DNA of 24,000 nt from Nitriliruptoraceae bacterium. Lineage in GTDB: Bacteria; Actinomycetota; Nitriliruptoria; Nitriliruptorales; Nitriliruptoraceae. Below the pieces are notes generated by a model, which did not search any database, was not told where the DNA came from, and saw only the letters and a program-made list of their open reading frames with translations. The stretch covers positions 169-24,168 of the forward strand of contig SKJX01000083.1 of the NCBI GenBank assembly GCA_007121785.1, in the 5' to 3' direction. Both the position numbers and the translations under genes were made by a program. Shown piece after piece: positions 22,429 to 24,000 of this stretch. Positions within the stretch are counted from its first letter, which is position 1, and the number at the start of each line of letters is the position of its first letter.

Positions 22429-24000
22429 TCACCCCACCGGCCAGGCTTGGGACAGGTTGAAGTGCGCAGCGAGGTAGAGCAGCACGAACCACCCGAGGAA
22501 CACCAGCACGAGGAAGTAGGTGCCCGGCGCCTCGAAGGTCGCCCACCGGCCGCGCAACTGCAGCATGCGCTGGACCATGCCGAGCTTCTCCGGCTCTTCA
22601 CCGTGCATGTCGGGCCGCTCGGCGGTCGCGGTGACCGTGCCGGCCGGCTGCCCAACAGGTTCGGTCACCGCTCCGGGACGCTCACGGGGGCTCAGCGGTG
22701 AGCCAGCGCGGAAGGCGAACCCGAGCCCCGCATCCGGCTGCTCGCTGCGTTCGCCCTTCAGCAGGGTCATCGCGATGATCCAGATGAACTGGATCCCACC
22801 GATCACGGCGACGACCGCACCCAGCGACACCAGGACCATCACCAGCGGCACGGCCCCGGCCTCGAACAGGGGCATGGCCACCTGCGCACCCTCGTAGTCG
22901 AGGTCGGAGACCCGCCGTGGGACGCCGAGCTGCCCGGCGAGCATCATCCCGAGCGTCAGCACCGCGACGCCCCCGGCGAACACGTAGGGCTGGATCCGTG
23001 CCATGCGCATGTTGGTCAGGTTGCGCTGGGCGAGCAAGGGGATCAGGTAGTAGGAGATGCCCATGAACGCCAGGGTCGTGCCCGAGACGACCGTGGCGTG
23101 GAAGTGGCCGACCGTGAAGAGCGTGTTGTGGATCACCATGTTGAGCTGCATGGTCCCCATGAGCACACCGCTGGTCCCGGCGATGAAGCCGAAGTACACC
23201 ACCGAAAGCACCAGCGAGGACACCCCCGGTTCACGCCAGGGCAGCTTCCTCAGCCACGTCAGCAGCCCCCTGCGGTGCCCGGCTTCGCGCTGGGAGATCT
23301 CCATCGACGCCGGGATCGAGAACGCGTGGATCAGGCTCGCCAGGACGGCGAGGTAGAGCATGTAGCTGGTGTTCATGATCCGGTGGCTGGTCCCCAGCCC
23401 CGGGTCGACCAGCAGGTGGTGGACCGCACCCAGGTGGATGAAGGCGATGTAGAGCAGGAACGCGACGCGGCTGAGCCCCTCGTTGACCGGACGGCCGCCG
23501 AGCGTGAAGCCGATCAGCGCGTACCAGACCGCCACCATGATGGCCAGGTTGACCTGCTGCGCACCGTGGCCGATGCCCCAGAAGAACAGGCGGTAGGTCG
23601 CCGGGTCGACCAGTTCCATCAGGCCGATCGACTGCAGGAACAGCATCCCGTAGGCCACCGCGCCGGTCCCCAACGCGTAGACGGCGATGACCGCGCCGGC
23701 CATCAGCCCGTAGACGACCAGCGGGAGCGACCCTTCGTAGCTGCCTTCGCGCTTCGCGCCGATGACGTTGGCGACGAAGATCCCGCAGGCCAGCAGCATC
23801 CCGACCGCGAACAGCAGCACCCCGGCGTAGTACAGCGGGTGCGCCGTCAACGGCGGGTACGCGGTGAACATCACCGTCGCCTCGCCGGCGAGCATCATCC
23901 ACTGCGCCAGGGCGATCCCGACGATCATCATCACGAAGTTGGCCCAGGCCAGCTTCGGCACCCGCATGCGGGTGTTGAGCAGCATCGTCGAGCCCCAGTA
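22429..24000 (-). CDS. Haem-copper oxidoreductase catalytic subunit I, B-family (ba3)-like with a non-canonical active site; 5' end lies outside the window
   Basis: The frame stays open to position 24000 (..YWGSTMLLNTR). It is collinear with Thermus ba3 subunit I as I recall that sequence: EATVMFTAYPPL, GAVHHLLVDPG (two CuB His), VGHFHATV (haem ligands), GVPRR, and an extra C-terminal helix. Helix VI reads FWGIGHGAQQVN instead of GHPxVY. Confidence 0.85.
   Translation of the reverse strand, partial: YWGSTMLLNTRMRVPKLAWANFVMMIVGIALAQWMMLAGEATVMFTAYPPLTAHPLYYAGVLLFAVGMLLACGIFVANVIGAKREGSYEGSLPLVVYGLMAGAVIAVYALGTGAVAYGMLFLQSIGLMELVDPATYRLFFWGIGHGAQQVNLAIMVAVWYALIGFTLGGRPVNEGLSRVAFLLYIAFIHLGAVHHLLVDPGLGTSHRIMNTSYMLYLAVLASLIHAFSIPASMEISQREAGHRRGLLTWLRKLPWREPGVSSLVLSVVYFGFIAGTSGVLMGTMQLNMVIHNTLFTVGHFHATVVSGTTLAFMGISYYLIPLLAQRNLTNMRMARIQPYVFAGGVAVLTLGMMLAGQLGVPRRVSDLDYEGAQVAMPLFEAGAVPLVMVLVSLGAVVAVIGGIQFIWIIAMTLLKGERSEQPDAGLGFAFRAGSPLSPRERPGAVTEPVGQPAGTVTATAERPDMHGEEPEKLGMVQRMLQLRGRWATFEAPGTYFLVLVFLGWFVLLYLAAHFNLSQAWPVG

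Noticed and set aside
1-24000. Mobile elements, prophage, defence systems (restriction-modification, toxin-antitoxin, CBASS and similar), tRNA or rRNA genes.
   Set aside because: No ORF shows transposase, integrase, nuclease, ATPase or toxin signatures. No terminal inverted repeats or long direct repeats flank any segment. No intergenic gap has tRNA-like structure or length. GC content looks uniform apart from short promoter patches.

Overview
Very GC-rich, actinobacterium-like chromosomal DNA. It is densely coding, with G/C at almost every third codon position and many long Arg/Pro/Gly-rich antisense shadow ORFs. I see no rRNA, tRNA, CRISPR array, transposase, integrase or recognisable defence genes. 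The window divides into three functional blocks.

(1) Positions 1-9231 form a reactive-sulfur handling island. It encodes an SLC13 permease fragment, an MBL-fold persulfide-dioxygenase-like protein fused to two rhodanese domains, a SulP/STAS anion transporter and a rhodanese-DUF2892 membrane protein. Divergently transcribed are a class-I FAD disulfide oxidoreductase and a GGDEF-EAL c-di-GMP protein, and a YeeE/YedE sulfur transporter lies convergent to them. No regulator gene is visible, but two promoter regions carry a shared AT-rich GTACG(T/G)ACAT motif.

(2) Positions 9356-13728 form a thiol-redox envelope module. It contains an ECF sigma factor with a translationally coupled ZAS (HxxxCxxC) anti-sigma factor, plus a second paralogous orphan ZAS anti-sigma factor on the opposite strand behind an alpha/beta hydrolase. 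A TlpA-like thioredoxin/CcdA pair and an acidic lipoprotein complete the block.

(3) Positions 13757-24000 form a copper / nitrogen-oxide themed block, all on the minus strand. It starts with a partial B-family-like haem-copper oxidase subunit I whose cross-linked active-site tyrosine is replaced, making it a candidate non-canonical NO reductase. Then come haem O synthase, an unknown His-rich secreted and membrane-anchored protein, and a NarK-type nitrate/nitrite transporter. These are followed by a type-1 copper lipoprotein and a short-unit tandem repeat array. The block ends with an ArsR-type regulator containing a (DHA)6 repeat, which is translationally coupled to two NnrS-like membrane proteins and followed by a tryptophanase-family lyase.

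The NOR-like oxidase cluster and its unusual regulator/NnrS/tryptophanase operon are the most interesting parts. All functional calls rest on my own reading of the translated ORFs; no database search was run.
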